A stretch of DNA of 64,000 nucleotides from a virus (Duplodnaviria > Caudoviricetes). Under the pieces are notes generated by a model. That model was not told the origin of the DNA, did no database searches, and saw nothing but the letters and a program-made list of their open reading frames with translations. The stretch lies in IMG/VR virus record IMGVR_UViG_3300023174_000037, one strand, 5' to 3'. Below are positions 42,130-51,147 of the stretch, in pieces. How positions within the stretch are numbered: the first letter of the stretch is position 1; each line of letters starts with the position of its first letter. The translations under genes were made by a program, and so were the position numbers.

Positions 42130-42855
42130 TTAGAATGCTTTGCCTACTGAAAAGACTGCGGCATTGCGATATAGCTTTTGACCATTCACGGTGTTGGCTG
42201 TGTTGAATGTGCTAGTCTTGTCGCCGTTGGTGTAATACTTAGCGGCCAAGTTCCAACCTTGTAGGTTGTAACCTACACCAAAATTGTAATCATTGTAGTC
42301 CAATGAAGAACTGTTAGCAACATTAGTCTTACCTGCGTGAGCAAGCAAACTGATCTTTGATCCAGCGATTGGATATGCTACATCAGCTTGGTAGTATGCT
42401 GTGCCTTGTGCATTGGCTGTACCAAAATAACCATTGCCTAGTGTACGATTATACTTGACACTAACTGGACCATAACCTAGACCAACATAACCTTCGTATG
42501 TGTCAAAGTTTGAACCTGTCTTAGCTGAAGTAGTAGAACGTGGATAAAAATAGTTATAAGAACCAACATCAAGTGTTAGGCCTTTATAAATGTCTTTCTT
42601 CCAACCCGCATATACATCAGACTCAACACCCGAACCGTTTGTGTAAACTTGTGAGCTTACTGAACTGTTCCAGTTACCGATATAGAAACCGCTGGAGTGA
42701 TTGTAGTCAATGCCGCCTTGGACAGCAGGAGCATTTTGGGATTGACTGATGCCGCGGAAACGGTAGTCACTTGTCAAGCCTAAATTGCCAGATACTTGAG
42801 CATGAGCAGAAGTAATGCCAGCCAATACGAATAATGCTAATAGTAATTTCTTCAT
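42130..42855 (-). CDS. TorF-type putative outer-membrane porin (TIGR02001-like)
   Basis: Signal peptide; SGNLGLTSDYRFRGISQS, PAVQGGIDY, GFYIGNW, C-terminal F. Confidence 0.88.
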   Translation of the reverse strand: MKKLLLALFVLAGITSAHAQVSGNLGLTSDYRFRGISQSQNAPAVQGGIDYNHSSGFYIGNWNSSVSSQVYTNGSGVESDVYAGWKKDIYKGLTLDVGSYNYFYPRSTTSAKTGSNFDTYEGYVGLGYGPVSVKYNRTLGNGYFGTANAQGTAYYQADVAYPIAGSKISLLAHAGKTNVANSSSLDYNDYNFGVGYNLQGWNLAAKYYTNGDKTSTFNTANTVNGQKLYRNAAVFSVGKAF

Positions 42856-42974
42856 TTGTTTTATTTCCTTTTAAAAGTAATGCTTAGAATAATATTTAGT
42901 GGGTTTCACGAGTGGCCTGTAATTTTTGCACACTTTCCTACCACTTTTATAGTTAACGGCATAGTTAACTGGCT

Positions 42975-43000
42975 AAAAAAGAGCCCACCGAAGCGGGCTC
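42975..43000 (-). terminator. Intrinsic terminator after the tmRNA
   Basis: GAGCCCGC-UUCG-GUGGGCUC-UUUUUU. Confidence 0.88.
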
Positions 43001-43345
43001 TTGTTATTTTCTGTTACGAGGTATAACTACCCTATCGCGGTGATTAAACTGCGAAAGATGTGGCTTTCACTGTACGAGCAGAGAACTTGACGTTCTTACC
43101 TGAAACAGTTACTTCGCCTGTAGATGTTTTTGCATTTACATTATTTGCTTGATTTACAGTCATCGCCTACTGTGTTGCCGTCTCTATTATCTCACCCTGT
43201 CGAAACCATGGCAGGCCCATTATGAAGTATACTCACGTTTCTTATGTCTCTGTTGGCTATGTGCCAACCGAATATACTTTATGGTGGACCTGGCGGGAGT
43301 CGAACCCGCGTCCAGAATGCCTTCACTTTGAAGGGATTACAACAA
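43001..43345 (-). ncRNA. ssrA: Circularly permuted (two-piece) tmRNA
   Basis: Acceptor piece ...GCGGGUUCGACUCCCGCCAGGUCCACCA (3' end 43282) precedes the coding piece starting GGGCCUG (43218); G3.U70; tag ORF 43133-43044. Confidence 0.92.
43225..43279 (-). ncRNA. 55-nt structured RNA, copy 2 (tmRNA intervening sequence)
   Basis: 10-bp closing stem, GUUGGC/GCCAAC hairpin, AGAGACAUAAGAAACGU. Confidence 0.8.
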
Positions 43346-43349
43346 TTCT

Positions 43350-43589
43350 TTAATACACTGCAACAGGTATTGCGGGACTAAATCCTGCTAGTAGCGACTG
43401 ATAACCGTTTGCGCTTTCGGTGCTACTCCACATTCTAACATTTGTTGTAGTATCAGCAGTGTTGCTCCATATGTATACCTGTCCGTTGGTTGTTCCTGCA
43501 GTTGTTTGTGCGCTGATATAGCTAGCTAACTGGGAAGTTTCAGCCTCAGTGAGCACTCGAGGTACAGTTATTTCTGTAAAATATGCCAT
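43350..43589 (-). CDS. Hypothetical protein
   Basis: RBS AAGGAG; lies between csp and ssrA. Confidence 0.75.
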   Translation of the reverse strand: MAYFTEITVPRVLTEAETSQLASYISAQTTAGTTNGQVYIWSNTADTTTNVRMWSSTESANGYQSLLAGFSPAIPVAVY

Positions 43590-43644
43590 TTAAAAACTCC
43601 TTTTTTAGTATGTGCTATCAAATACAAATAGCACTATTAACTAC

Positions 43645-43848
43645 TTATGCCGGCACAATATTTGATGCCTGCTTGCCTTTTGGGCCCTGAACCAAGTCAA
43701 ATTTTACCACTTGGTTTTCTTTTAATGTTTTAAATCCATTAATATTAATTGCTGAAAAATGTGCAAATACATCCTCGCCGCCGTCATCTGGTGTAATGAA
43801 TCCAAAACCTTTTGCATCATTAAACCATTTTACTTTACCTACTACCAT
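43645..43848 (-). CDS. Cold-shock domain protein (CspA family)
   Basis: [15 protein letters not shown] (RNP1), DVFAHFSAI (RNP2), KGKQASNI. Confidence 0.97.
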   Translation of the reverse strand: MVVGKVKWFNDAKGFGFITPDDGGEDVFAHFSAININGFKTLKENQVVKFDLVQGPKGKQASNIVPA

Positions 43849-43882
43849 ATATTACTACTTCCTTTTAAATTAAACATGAGTG

Positions 43883-44062
43883 CTAATTATAGCCTTTTAC
43901 AACATTTTTGTCAACCTTGGGATTACCTTTTGCATGGGCATCTTGATGTGATTGCCTCATGCGATCACGTTCGGTTGGCAACTTTCCACAACCCAACCGA
44001 TCCCATTCTTTTTCAGAATAGTAATACTGGTCAACGGGTTTTTTCTGCTGCTTCACGATCAT
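43883..44062 (-). CDS. Hypothetical protein, 59 aa
   Basis: Hand-translated; YYYSEKEWDRLGCG. Confidence 0.55.
   Translation of the reverse strand: MIVKQQKKPVDQYYYSEKEWDRLGCGKLPTERDRMRQSHQDAHAKGNPKVDKNVVKGYN
43886..43914 (-). promoter_or_regulatory. Consensus sigma70 promoter of the csp-orf79-ssrA unit
   Basis: TTGACA-17-TATAAT. Confidence 0.85.
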
Positions 44063-44077
44063 ACTATTTAGCTTGTT

Positions 44078-44154
44078 TGGTGGGCCAGGTGGGATTCTAA
44101 CCCACGATCAATGCTTTATGAGAACACTGCTTTAGGACACTAAGCTACTGGCCC
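44078..44154 (-). tRNA. tRNA(CAU), probably Ile2 (lysidine type); degenerate D- and T-loops
   Basis: GGGCCAG acceptor, loop CUCAUAA, T-loop UUAGAAU, CCA. Confidence 0.75.
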
Positions 44155-44162
44155 GGATACGT

Positions 44163-44191
44163 AGTATAGCACTAAGGCTCGTAGTTGTCAA
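44163..44191 (-). promoter_or_regulatory. sigma70-type promoter directly before tRNA(CAU)
   Basis: TTGACA-17-TATACT. Confidence 0.75.
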
Positions 44192-44543
44192 GGAATTGTT
44201 TGAGATTTCCGTATAAATTTACCATAACTGCTTCTCGGCTGCCAAAAAATACAATCTTTTTAGGTATGCCTTTGACAGCATGAATGTAGTAAGGCATTTG
44301 CATTTTACGGTCTAATTTTAGAATCAATTGTTTATTAAACGTATGTGGATCGTCGATACTGTATGAGTAATGTTCTAGATCTAGGTCTTCTGAAAGTGTT
44401 TGATAACCAGTGCCGGTCAATCTCATGCCACCGTTACGCCGCAAATTAAACCACCAACTGGGAACGGCACTTTCTACACTAATCCGTTGTTCGTCAGGTA
44501 ATAGTGCAATTAGCTCTTCTGTGAGTTTTCTTTTATCACGCAC
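44172..44543 (-). CDS. Hypothetical protein
   Basis: ORF in operon. Confidence 0.75.
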   Translation of the reverse strand: MRDKRKLTEELIALLPDEQRISVESAVPSWWFNLRRNGGMRLTGTGYQTLSEDLDLEHYSYSIDDPHTFNKQLILKLDRKMQMPYYIHAVKGIPKKIVFFGSREAVMVNLYGNLKQFLDNYEP

Positions 44544-44544
44544 A

Positions 44545-44832
44545 TCAAGGATAAACCTGATTGCCTGCAGTCAACAAAACCACAGTGAACTTTTCAGTTT
44601 TAAATTGTGTGTTTAATTTTTTTGCCAAGTTCTTGGCATGCCCAGGATTACTAAATGAAACTTTTTTGTATTTGGGGCCTGGATATTGGACCAGTAAGTT
44701 TGACGTTTTGAGATTGATAGGTTTAGCATCATAGAACACAGCCCATACACCTTCCGAAGCCAAAACCTGCTCACTCTTATAGGTGGCCTTGTTTGTGTGC
44801 TCGATCAATACATTGGGTTTTGGACGACTCAT
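44545..44832 (-). CDS. Hypothetical protein
   Basis: ORF with RBS AGGAG. Confidence 0.8.
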   Translation of the reverse strand: MSRPKPNVLIEHTNKATYKSEQVLASEGVWAVFYDAKPINLKTSNLLVQYPGPKYKKVSFSNPGHAKNLAKKLNTQFKTEKFTVVLLTAGNQVYP

Positions 44833-44877
44833 ATCATTAAACTCCTATATTTTATTTATCTAGAAATATAGGTAGTT

Positions 44878-45093
44878 TTAGAATGTGCCACCATCCATTT
44901 TTACGGTAATTGTTTCTGTGTCTTTTTGGAGGGTTTTAACTGTGTGTTCACGTAAAGCCTGAAGTTCTAGTAGTAGTCTAGTGATATCGGCGTGTAGGTC
45001 CTGGGCATCTTTCAAACTCATAATAAAGTCTCGGGCTCCACGAGCTTGCTGACCTTGAACTCGCTCAATAAATTTACTTAGATGAATTGTCAT
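44878..45093 (-). CDS. Hypothetical protein (start at MTIHL)
   Basis: ORF track; internal ATG. Confidence 0.7.
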   Translation of the reverse strand: MTIHLSKFIERVQGQQARGARDFIMSLKDAQDLHADITRLLLELQALREHTVKTLQKDTETITVKMDGGTF

Positions 45094-45532
45094 GAGCTTC
45101 TTGTTCTGAGTAATACGGGCCTTGATATGGATAGCGTTGCAACACAATTAATTTTGGCGCCAGCACTGTTCGCCAATGACGGCCTTTACGCACATTATAC
45201 CATCCGGCTGAGAACCACGATTTACTTTTATTGGTCTTGGTGTAAACTGGTAACTGTTGACTAACGTCCCACATGGGATTGTATACTCGGCCTGCCACCG
45301 GATAGCCATGAACATGAGCCACGGTTGTCTTGGGACGGGTAACGGTTACCGCTGGTTCAAATATAATATTAGCATTTCGAGCCGCTAACTTTATGGTCTT
45401 GTATTGTGCAATCTGATTATTGATCTTTACTTGATAACCACCTGCACAGGCTTCTATGTTTCCGACCTTTTGATTATTTTCTTGTAATATCCAAAATTGT
45501 TTGTCTATTACGGGTTTTGCTATTAATGTCAT
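45074..45532 (-). CDS. Hypothetical protein
   Basis: ORF in operon. Confidence 0.8.
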   Translation of the reverse strand: MTLIAKPVIDKQFWILQENNQKVGNIEACAGGYQVKINNQIAQYKTIKLAARNANIIFEPAVTVTRPKTTVAHVHGYPVAGRVYNPMWDVSQQLPVYTKTNKSKSWFSAGWYNVRKGRHWRTVLAPKLIVLQRYPYQGPYYSEQEAHDNSSK

Positions 45533-45720
45533 TTGTTACTCCTTTTTCTACATTCTTCTTGTACCTTAACAGGTACATCAGGATGCCATCCCCCGATGAG
45601 AATCCTGCAATCGTACTGCACAACAACTACATTGCCTTTACTGCTGGGCCAAAATGCCAAGACCAATGACCCAATTGCAATACTAACTACTACTGCGGCC
45701 CAGACAATATCCTTAGCCAT
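45529..45720 (-). CDS. Small membrane-anchored protein
   Basis: N-terminal hydrophobic helix; YDC...C. Confidence 0.7.
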   Translation of the reverse strand: MAKDIVWAAVVVSIAIGSLVLAFWPSSKGNVVVVQYDCRILIGGWHPDVPVKVQEECRKRSNK

Positions 45721-46714
45721 TTAACACACCTTTGTATGTTTCGTTCATCCAACGACCAAACGAGTCGGCACTTTCACTACATTTGTTCAATTCATACTTG
45801 CCACAGAACTGCATAAAACGCACACCAACTTGGCCAATGTCTTTGTGACTGATCTGCTCACGTATGGCAGCATCTACTGTATCTTTAATAGATTGTGGTT
45901 GTGCTGTCAGATCAATCAGTTCTCGATTACGTTCGTAATCATCTAACACTCTATGCTCTACACCATCTGGATCACTCCAGCGTTGCAGCATCATGTTGTT
46001 CCAATTATATCCTCGAGTCTTGCGATCTTTAAACGCCTCTTGGAGACCAACTTTATTTTTTGTTCCTTTAGTTCGAACACCTGGATAAGCCGAAAACACA
46101 TTGTCACTGCTGTCTCCTCGCATACACTTTTCAAAAAGTAGCCACTCCGGATTGGGAATTGTTTTTGGTTCTTTGGTTTTTTTATCAATGACGGCCTTTC
46201 CTTTGGCATCAAAGATTCCATCTATAGTGATTAGTTCGTCTGTGATACCATTATATTGTTTGACATTGGGTGCTACCAATTGAACAAAGTCTGTGTCACT
46301 GCTGATAACAATATGTTCATCTTGGGGGTGTAGTGCAATCCAGCGAGCGATGATATCGTCGCCTTCTGCTGTAGGACATCTTACAACTGAGCAGTTGGTT
46401 CTTTCACTCAAGTATTTAGTCAAACTATCATAAGTTTCCCAAAACATTTTATCTTCATCTGCTTGTGCTTCTGTCAGCGCAGCCCGGGCTACAGCACGGT
46501 TGTTTTTGTAGGGTTTATAGTAGTCTTTGCGCCAACTGCGTCCTTCCAAGGCAAATACCACATGATCAGCTTCAAAACGTCTAGCGACCTTGTTGGCACT
46601 CATTAGGGTTACATGGAGGGCAAATCCAATTTTCTCCCACGTGTCAGCGGCACGAAAAGCACCGTGTCTAGCACGAAAGAACATATTAGCCGTATCTATA
46701 AGAACATATTTCAT
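45713..46714 (-). CDS. 5'-3' exonuclease / RNase H (T4 rnh, flap-endonuclease family)
   Basis: LIDTANMFFR, AEGDDII, SSDTDFVQL, GDSSDNV. Confidence 0.92.
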   Translation of the reverse strand: MKYVLIDTANMFFRARHGAFRAADTWEKIGFALHVTLMSANKVARRFEADHVVFALEGRSWRKDYYKPYKNNRAVARAALTEAQADEDKMFWETYDSLTKYLSERTNCSVVRCPTAEGDDIIARWIALHPQDEHIVISSDTDFVQLVAPNVKQYNGITDELITIDGIFDAKGKAVIDKKTKEPKTIPNPEWLLFEKCMRGDSSDNVFSAYPGVRTKGTKNKVGLQEAFKDRKTRGYNWNNMMLQRWSDPDGVEHRVLDDYERNRELIDLTAQPQSIKDTVDAAIREQISHKDIGQVGVRFMQFCGKYELNKCSESADSFGRWMNETYKGVLNG

Positions 46715-46720
46715 ACTGCT

Positions 46721-46749
46721 AGTATAACAGAAGTTATCTATTATGTCAA
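46721..46749 (-). promoter_or_regulatory. sigma70-type promoter
   Basis: TTGACA-17-TATACT. Confidence 0.75.
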
Positions 46750-47450
46750 ACGAATTTATTGGTCATTAGGTAATTGAGTAGATGTTTAAACCACCAACTA
46801 TGCCCATCGCGCCCATAATGGTATGAATCGGGCATGACCGTTTCAATTCCAGCGGCTTGTAATTGAGCATGATAGGTGCCGGCTGGATCGTATGGTCCAA
46901 TGTAATTAACGCCCCAATCTTTTTGGTCTGTAACGGAACTAAAGTCATTGTTACCATTAAAGAACACATGCGGAATATTCTGGTCTAGAAGTTCTTGGTG
47001 AAATGCCCAAATATCGTTGTGGGCTTGTTGAGTTTTGGCTCGCCAATCAAGACCGATTATATAGTTACGATATCTTTCTTGAGCTTCGACCGGAACTTGA
47101 TCAATGCCGCTGCCATTGACTTGGTAAGTAACACCATTGTATTCCCATTCTTCACGCTCCCAGGTACTCCATTGAATAACAACTAAAATATTTTGCAGGT
47201 TATTTTTTTGTTTTGCAATCCAAGCCCGGGTAGTTCTTAATATTCTAGCATTTGAGCTAGCACTTTCAGCTTCGCAATGAAATCCGGCACTAAGAGCAAG
47301 ACTCAACAGTTTTCCCCAAGTGACTTGGAGATTCTCTGGATGCGGTAGTCGTCCTAAATAATATAACGCAGGATCGTCTTCGGCAAATGCATGAGAGTTT
47401 ACTGCTTCTGCGCCGGCGGTGTGACTGTCGCCATTAACATACAAAATCAT
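46746..47450 (-). CDS. SGNH-hydrolase-like protein
   Basis: LYVNGDSHTAG, SN..I.R, DSYHY. Confidence 0.6.
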   Translation of the reverse strand: MILYVNGDSHTAGAEAVNSHAFAEDDPALYYLGRLPHPENLQVTWGKLLSLALSAGFHCEAESASSNARILRTTRAWIAKQKNNLQNILVVIQWSTWEREEWEYNGVTYQVNGSGIDQVPVEAQERYRNYIIGLDWRAKTQQAHNDIWAFHQELLDQNIPHVFFNGNNDFSSVTDQKDWGVNYIGPYDPAGTYHAQLQAAGIETVMPDSYHYGRDGHSWWFKHLLNYLMTNKFV

Positions 47451-48097
47451 AATACATTTTCTTTGGTATAGCGACTCAGTTCAATACCCCACGCCGCTTG
47501 AGCATCGGCACCATAATGGTATGGGTCGCCTTCGTTGGCCGAAATATAATTTGATTCAAACCATTTGGCCATGCATCCGTTAGGGTCGTAGGGCTTGTAA
47601 AAATTTCCATGCCAATCATGTTGATCGGTAATGGTGTTAAAATTATTATAGGTAGTCCAAAACAAATGTGGGATCCCACGTTCACGTAATTTTAAATGCA
47701 TGGCATAAATTCTGTCGTGCCACAACTGTGTCATTTTACGATAGTATTCACCAGTTAACGTTTTTTTCCATTCATTAAATCTAGCCTTCATTGGCTCGGG
47801 CATACCAAAGTCTGGTCCGCCACATACACTAATATTATTATAGAGCCAAGGCCATTCTTCTCGTTCAAAACTGGTCCAGCCAACAAACAACATTGTACCA
47901 GGGTCCCAACGATTGTCGGCTAAGAAATAGTCTATATGATTCTCAATCCAATAATTACTAGCACCATTTTTAGCCCAACAACTGAATGACTCACTAAATT
48001 GCCGGCTAAACACCACAATCATGTTGTCAATGTCTACTGGCTGTTCAGATTCAGTGCAAGCCGGATATAAGTTACTGTCACCAATGGCCAGGATCAT
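47447..48097 (-). CDS. SGNH-hydrolase-like protein
   Basis: ILAIGDSN, GASN, DPYHY. Confidence 0.6.
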   Translation of the reverse strand: MILAIGDSNLYPACTESEQPVDIDNMIVVFSRQFSESFSCWAKNGASNYWIENHIDYFLADNRWDPGTMLFVGWTSFEREEWPWLYNNISVCGGPDFGMPEPMKARFNEWKKTLTGEYYRKMTQLWHDRIYAMHLKLRERGIPHLFWTTYNNFNTITDQHDWHGNFYKPYDPNGCMAKWFESNYISANEGDPYHYGADAQAAWGIELSRYTKENVL

Positions 48098-48480
48098 GAC
48101 ACTTCGGACCTTCCATCACCAATGTTACGTGACTTGACTACTCGATCACGTTCTGGATCCATAGCCTTGTATTGCTCGTATGTTTCCAACACAACGTTAC
48201 GACACACCGCAGTAAACCAACGATCTACAATGTCACTGTCGGTATCTTTTGGATTCATTTGATAACCAGCACGAACAAGATTGGCCACAAACTTATCATT
48301 CCAGTCAAGCTCGAATGCACCATTTTGCATATTCTCAGGATCAACCTCCATACTGAGAATATTCACATAAGGTTCGCCTTTTTCAGTAGCCAACTCCTTG
48401 GCAGTTTTTTCTGCCTTCTTGGGTCGGGGTTCAGCCTTGACTTCTGGCGGTTTCTTTTTAAAGCGATCAAATAATCCCAT
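48094..48480 (-). CDS. Hypothetical protein
   Basis: ORF with RBS AAGGA. Confidence 0.8.
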   Translation of the reverse strand: MGLFDRFKKKPPEVKAEPRPKKAEKTAKELATEKGEPYVNILSMEVDPENMQNGAFELDWNDKFVANLVRAGYQMNPKDTDSDIVDRWFTAVCRNVVLETYEQYKAMDPERDRVVKSRNIGDGRSEVS

Positions 48481-48488
48481 ACTGTCCT

Positions 48489-49727
48489 TTAGGTTCTTGT
48501 ATTGCCGTAATGCAACACAGCAATGCCGGGCATGTCAAATGGTAACTTGCGCCATGGATCAACAATGATACTGCCGGATTGAATTTCGCAGTATGGTTGT
48601 GTGTCAGGAGTGTTACCGGTATATTCGTAAGTGATCTTGCGATTGTGTGCCCATAAAAATATTGCAGGACCATCTACGGTATCCAAGCAACGATCTCGAT
48701 CATCAGCCAGTGGATCAACGTAGACCACAGGCAATCCAGCTTCTCGAACGTAGAATCCCACCAAGGTGCTGTAACTACCGATACAATATTCAACATCAGG
48801 CTTGTAGGCCTTGCCGTGAATCACAATGGGTAAACTGTATCTTTGTGCCTGATCAACTAAGAACAGGGCCAAGTTCTTGGCCTGAATTTCTCTGGCATGC
48901 ATTACTGTGTCAAACAAATCGTAACCAATGTTGTATTCTTCTGCTAACCAACGCAGGGCAATGTTATCTCTTGGATGGCAAGCACCAGCATCGCCCATGC
49001 CTGCTGTCATGTATTTAGGACCCATGATACGCATTGTGCTTCGTGCTAGAGCATTTGTAACTACGTCAACGTTGATGTGGCCAATCTTCATAGCAAAGTC
49101 TTGAATCATGTTTACAAGACCAACCTTGGCTGAAATAAATGTGTTGTAGAAAATTTTAATGGCTTCGCATTCATCCCATGTGCCAATTTCATAACGTGGA
49201 TTGTTCTGCATGATTGTTTCGTACAAGTCTCGCAGCTCACCAGCTACTCCAGTTAGGTTGCCATCTTCGGTACCTAACATGATCATTTCTGGATTGACCA
49301 TGTCCCACTTGACTGACCCCATGGCAATCAAATAAGGATTGTAAACAAACTGATGTTTTTTATCCAGCAACGGAACAAACTTGTTACGAGTCGTTCCGGG
49401 TAGCACTGTTGAAATTAGCACTACTTTTTTAGGTGTAATGGCGTGTTGGTTTACTTTGTTGATAGCATCAATCACTGCATCATGCCCAAAATCTTTGGGG
49501 GTCATGTGGCTTGACGGAACTGATCCATCGTAACCTTCAGCGTGTGGAGTAGGCACGGCAATAAAAATCCATTCGCTTTCGTTGACTACTTCACTGATGT
49601 CACATACTTTTACCGTATTGCTAACCCGTGGATGAATATCGTAACCACGAACTTCGTGCTTTTCAGCAAACACTTCTGCACAGTCTAGGCCTAATTTTCC
49701 AATTCCAACAAATCCAATTTTTTTCAT
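48489..49727 (-). CDS. UDP-glucose/GDP-mannose 6-dehydrogenase family
   Basis: VGIGKLG, IAVPTP, STVLPGT, NP, K..YN, GACHPRD (catalytic Cys). Confidence 0.92.
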   Translation of the reverse strand: MKKIGFVGIGKLGLDCAEVFAEKHEVRGYDIHPRVSNTVKVCDISEVVNESEWIFIAVPTPHAEGYDGSVPSSHMTPKDFGHDAVIDAINKVNQHAITPKKVVLISTVLPGTTRNKFVPLLDKKHQFVYNPYLIAMGSVKWDMVNPEMIMLGTEDGNLTGVAGELRDLYETIMQNNPRYEIGTWDECEAIKIFYNTFISAKVGLVNMIQDFAMKIGHINVDVVTNALARSTMRIMGPKYMTAGMGDAGACHPRDNIALRWLAEEYNIGYDLFDTVMHAREIQAKNLALFLVDQAQRYSLPIVIHGKAYKPDVEYCIGSYSTLVGFYVREAGLPVVYVDPLADDRDRCLDTVDGPAIFLWAHNRKITYEYTGNTPDTQPYCEIQSGSIIVDPWRKLPFDMPGIAVLHYGNTRT

Positions 49728-49780
49728 GTAAGTCCTTAAAGATAAATGATATAATAATTTATCCGTGTTTTGACCGGTGA

Positions 49781-50572
49781 TTAAGATTTCTTGAACACAG
49801 GAATAGGATTCATTTTGTGTAGGCTACGGGCACGGATAGCACGATATTTTTTTAAGATATCTTGCATAGATGGACTGTCGGTTATTAGTTCACCAGTGTC
49901 CATACGCATAGCGGCTTCTAACTCAACATATTTAAGTCCGCCTAGTTGATCTTGATCTGTGCGACCGTCATCCCATAGTCCATCTGTAGGAGCCGCATCA
50001 ATAATATCTTGTAGTATTCCCAACTCACGACCCATTTGCCATACTTCAGTTTTGTAACAGTCAGCAATGGGACTGATATCTACACCACCGTCACCGTATT
50101 TGGTATAAAATCCCACACCAAAGTCTTCTACTTTGTTACCGGTACCTACTACAATACCTTGAACCGTTTGAGCAATTTGATATAGTGTAACCATACGCAG
50201 GCGACTACGGCTATTGGCCAATCCTAGCAAGTTTGGATAGGTAGCAAGACGCTGTTCAAACTCATCAAAGGTTGAAGTTAAATCAATGATATCATGACGC
50301 ACGTTGTCAAAGCGTTCGGTTAACCAAGCACCTTGACGCATACTAAGATCATGCAAGTCTGGACGTTGACGGATCGGCATGGTCACTGCCACGGTGTTTA
50401 ATCCAGTTCTAGCACATAGCGCACTGACCACAGCACTGTCAATGCCTCCACTAATACCTACTACCAAACTTTTCATACCAGCCTGTTGGGCATAGTCTTT
50501 GATCCAGGCAGTGATACGATCCTGTAATGATTCTGTTGCTGATACTCGATCTTCAGTTGTAAATGTTGTCAT
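49781..50572 (-). CDS. nadE: NH3-dependent NAD+ synthetase
   Basis: GISGGIDS, SRLRM, GTGNKVE, TKYGDGG, PTDGLW..TD. Confidence 0.95.
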   Translation of the reverse strand: MTTFTTEDRVSATESLQDRITAWIKDYAQQAGMKSLVVGISGGIDSAVVSALCARTGLNTVAVTMPIRQRPDLHDLSMRQGAWLTERFDNVRHDIIDLTSTFDEFEQRLATYPNLLGLANSRSRLRMVTLYQIAQTVQGIVVGTGNKVEDFGVGFYTKYGDGGVDISPIADCYKTEVWQMGRELGILQDIIDAAPTDGLWDDGRTDQDQLGGLKYVELEAAMRMDTGELITDSPSMQDILKKYRAIRARSLHKMNPIPVFKKS

Positions 50573-50574
50573 TT

Positions 50575-50928
50575 TTACTTAACCAAATGTTGTGCTAGTA
50601 CCATCAGGCTCAACCATACCCACATGGTATTAAAACCCACTAACGTTGGTAAGAACTTTTTGTTACTGGCCCAGATAAGTGTTAGGCTGGTAGCCAAGGT
50701 TAAAAAATACAACCACCATAGTTGAATACCGAACACCAATCCCGGAATAATGATAATGGCCTTGGCCAACCAACTGACAAACTCTACTGTATTGTAGTCA
50801 GTCCAGTATGCACGGGTGAACCACATGCCGTAGCACTCTTTGACTTTATCCCAGCCAATGTGTGTGTAACTAACACCGATTAATATTGCCCATACACCTA
50901 CTGCCGCTACAATTTGTATTGTTGTCAT
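50575..50928 (-). CDS. Membrane protein
   Basis: Four hydrophobic segments. Confidence 0.75.
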   Translation of the reverse strand: MTTIQIVAAVGVWAILIGVSYTHIGWDKVKECYGMWFTRAYWTDYNTVEFVSWLAKAIIIIPGLVFGIQLWWLYFLTLATSLTLIWASNKKFLPTLVGFNTMWVWLSLMVLAQHLVK

Positions 50929-50940
50929 TTTGTTTCCTTT

Positions 50941-51147
50941 TTAAGTTTTTAACTTGACCCATATTTCGTAATATGGATCGTACCGCCATCCTGTTGGAGG
51001 ATCTAATGGATTATAAAATTCTGGATGTGTTTGTGGAGTCATTTTAGGAGCATACCTTTGTTGATACTCTCGAACAATCATTGATCTGGTATTTTCATCA
51101 GTATACTGATCAGCATACATGCTTTCTATCAATTTTTCAAATTCCAT
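50941..51147 (-). CDS. Hypothetical protein
   Basis: ORF in operon. Confidence 0.65.
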   Translation of the reverse strand: MEFEKLIESMYADQYTDENTRSMIVREYQQRYAPKMTPQTHPEFYNPLDPPTGWRYDPYYEIWVKLKT

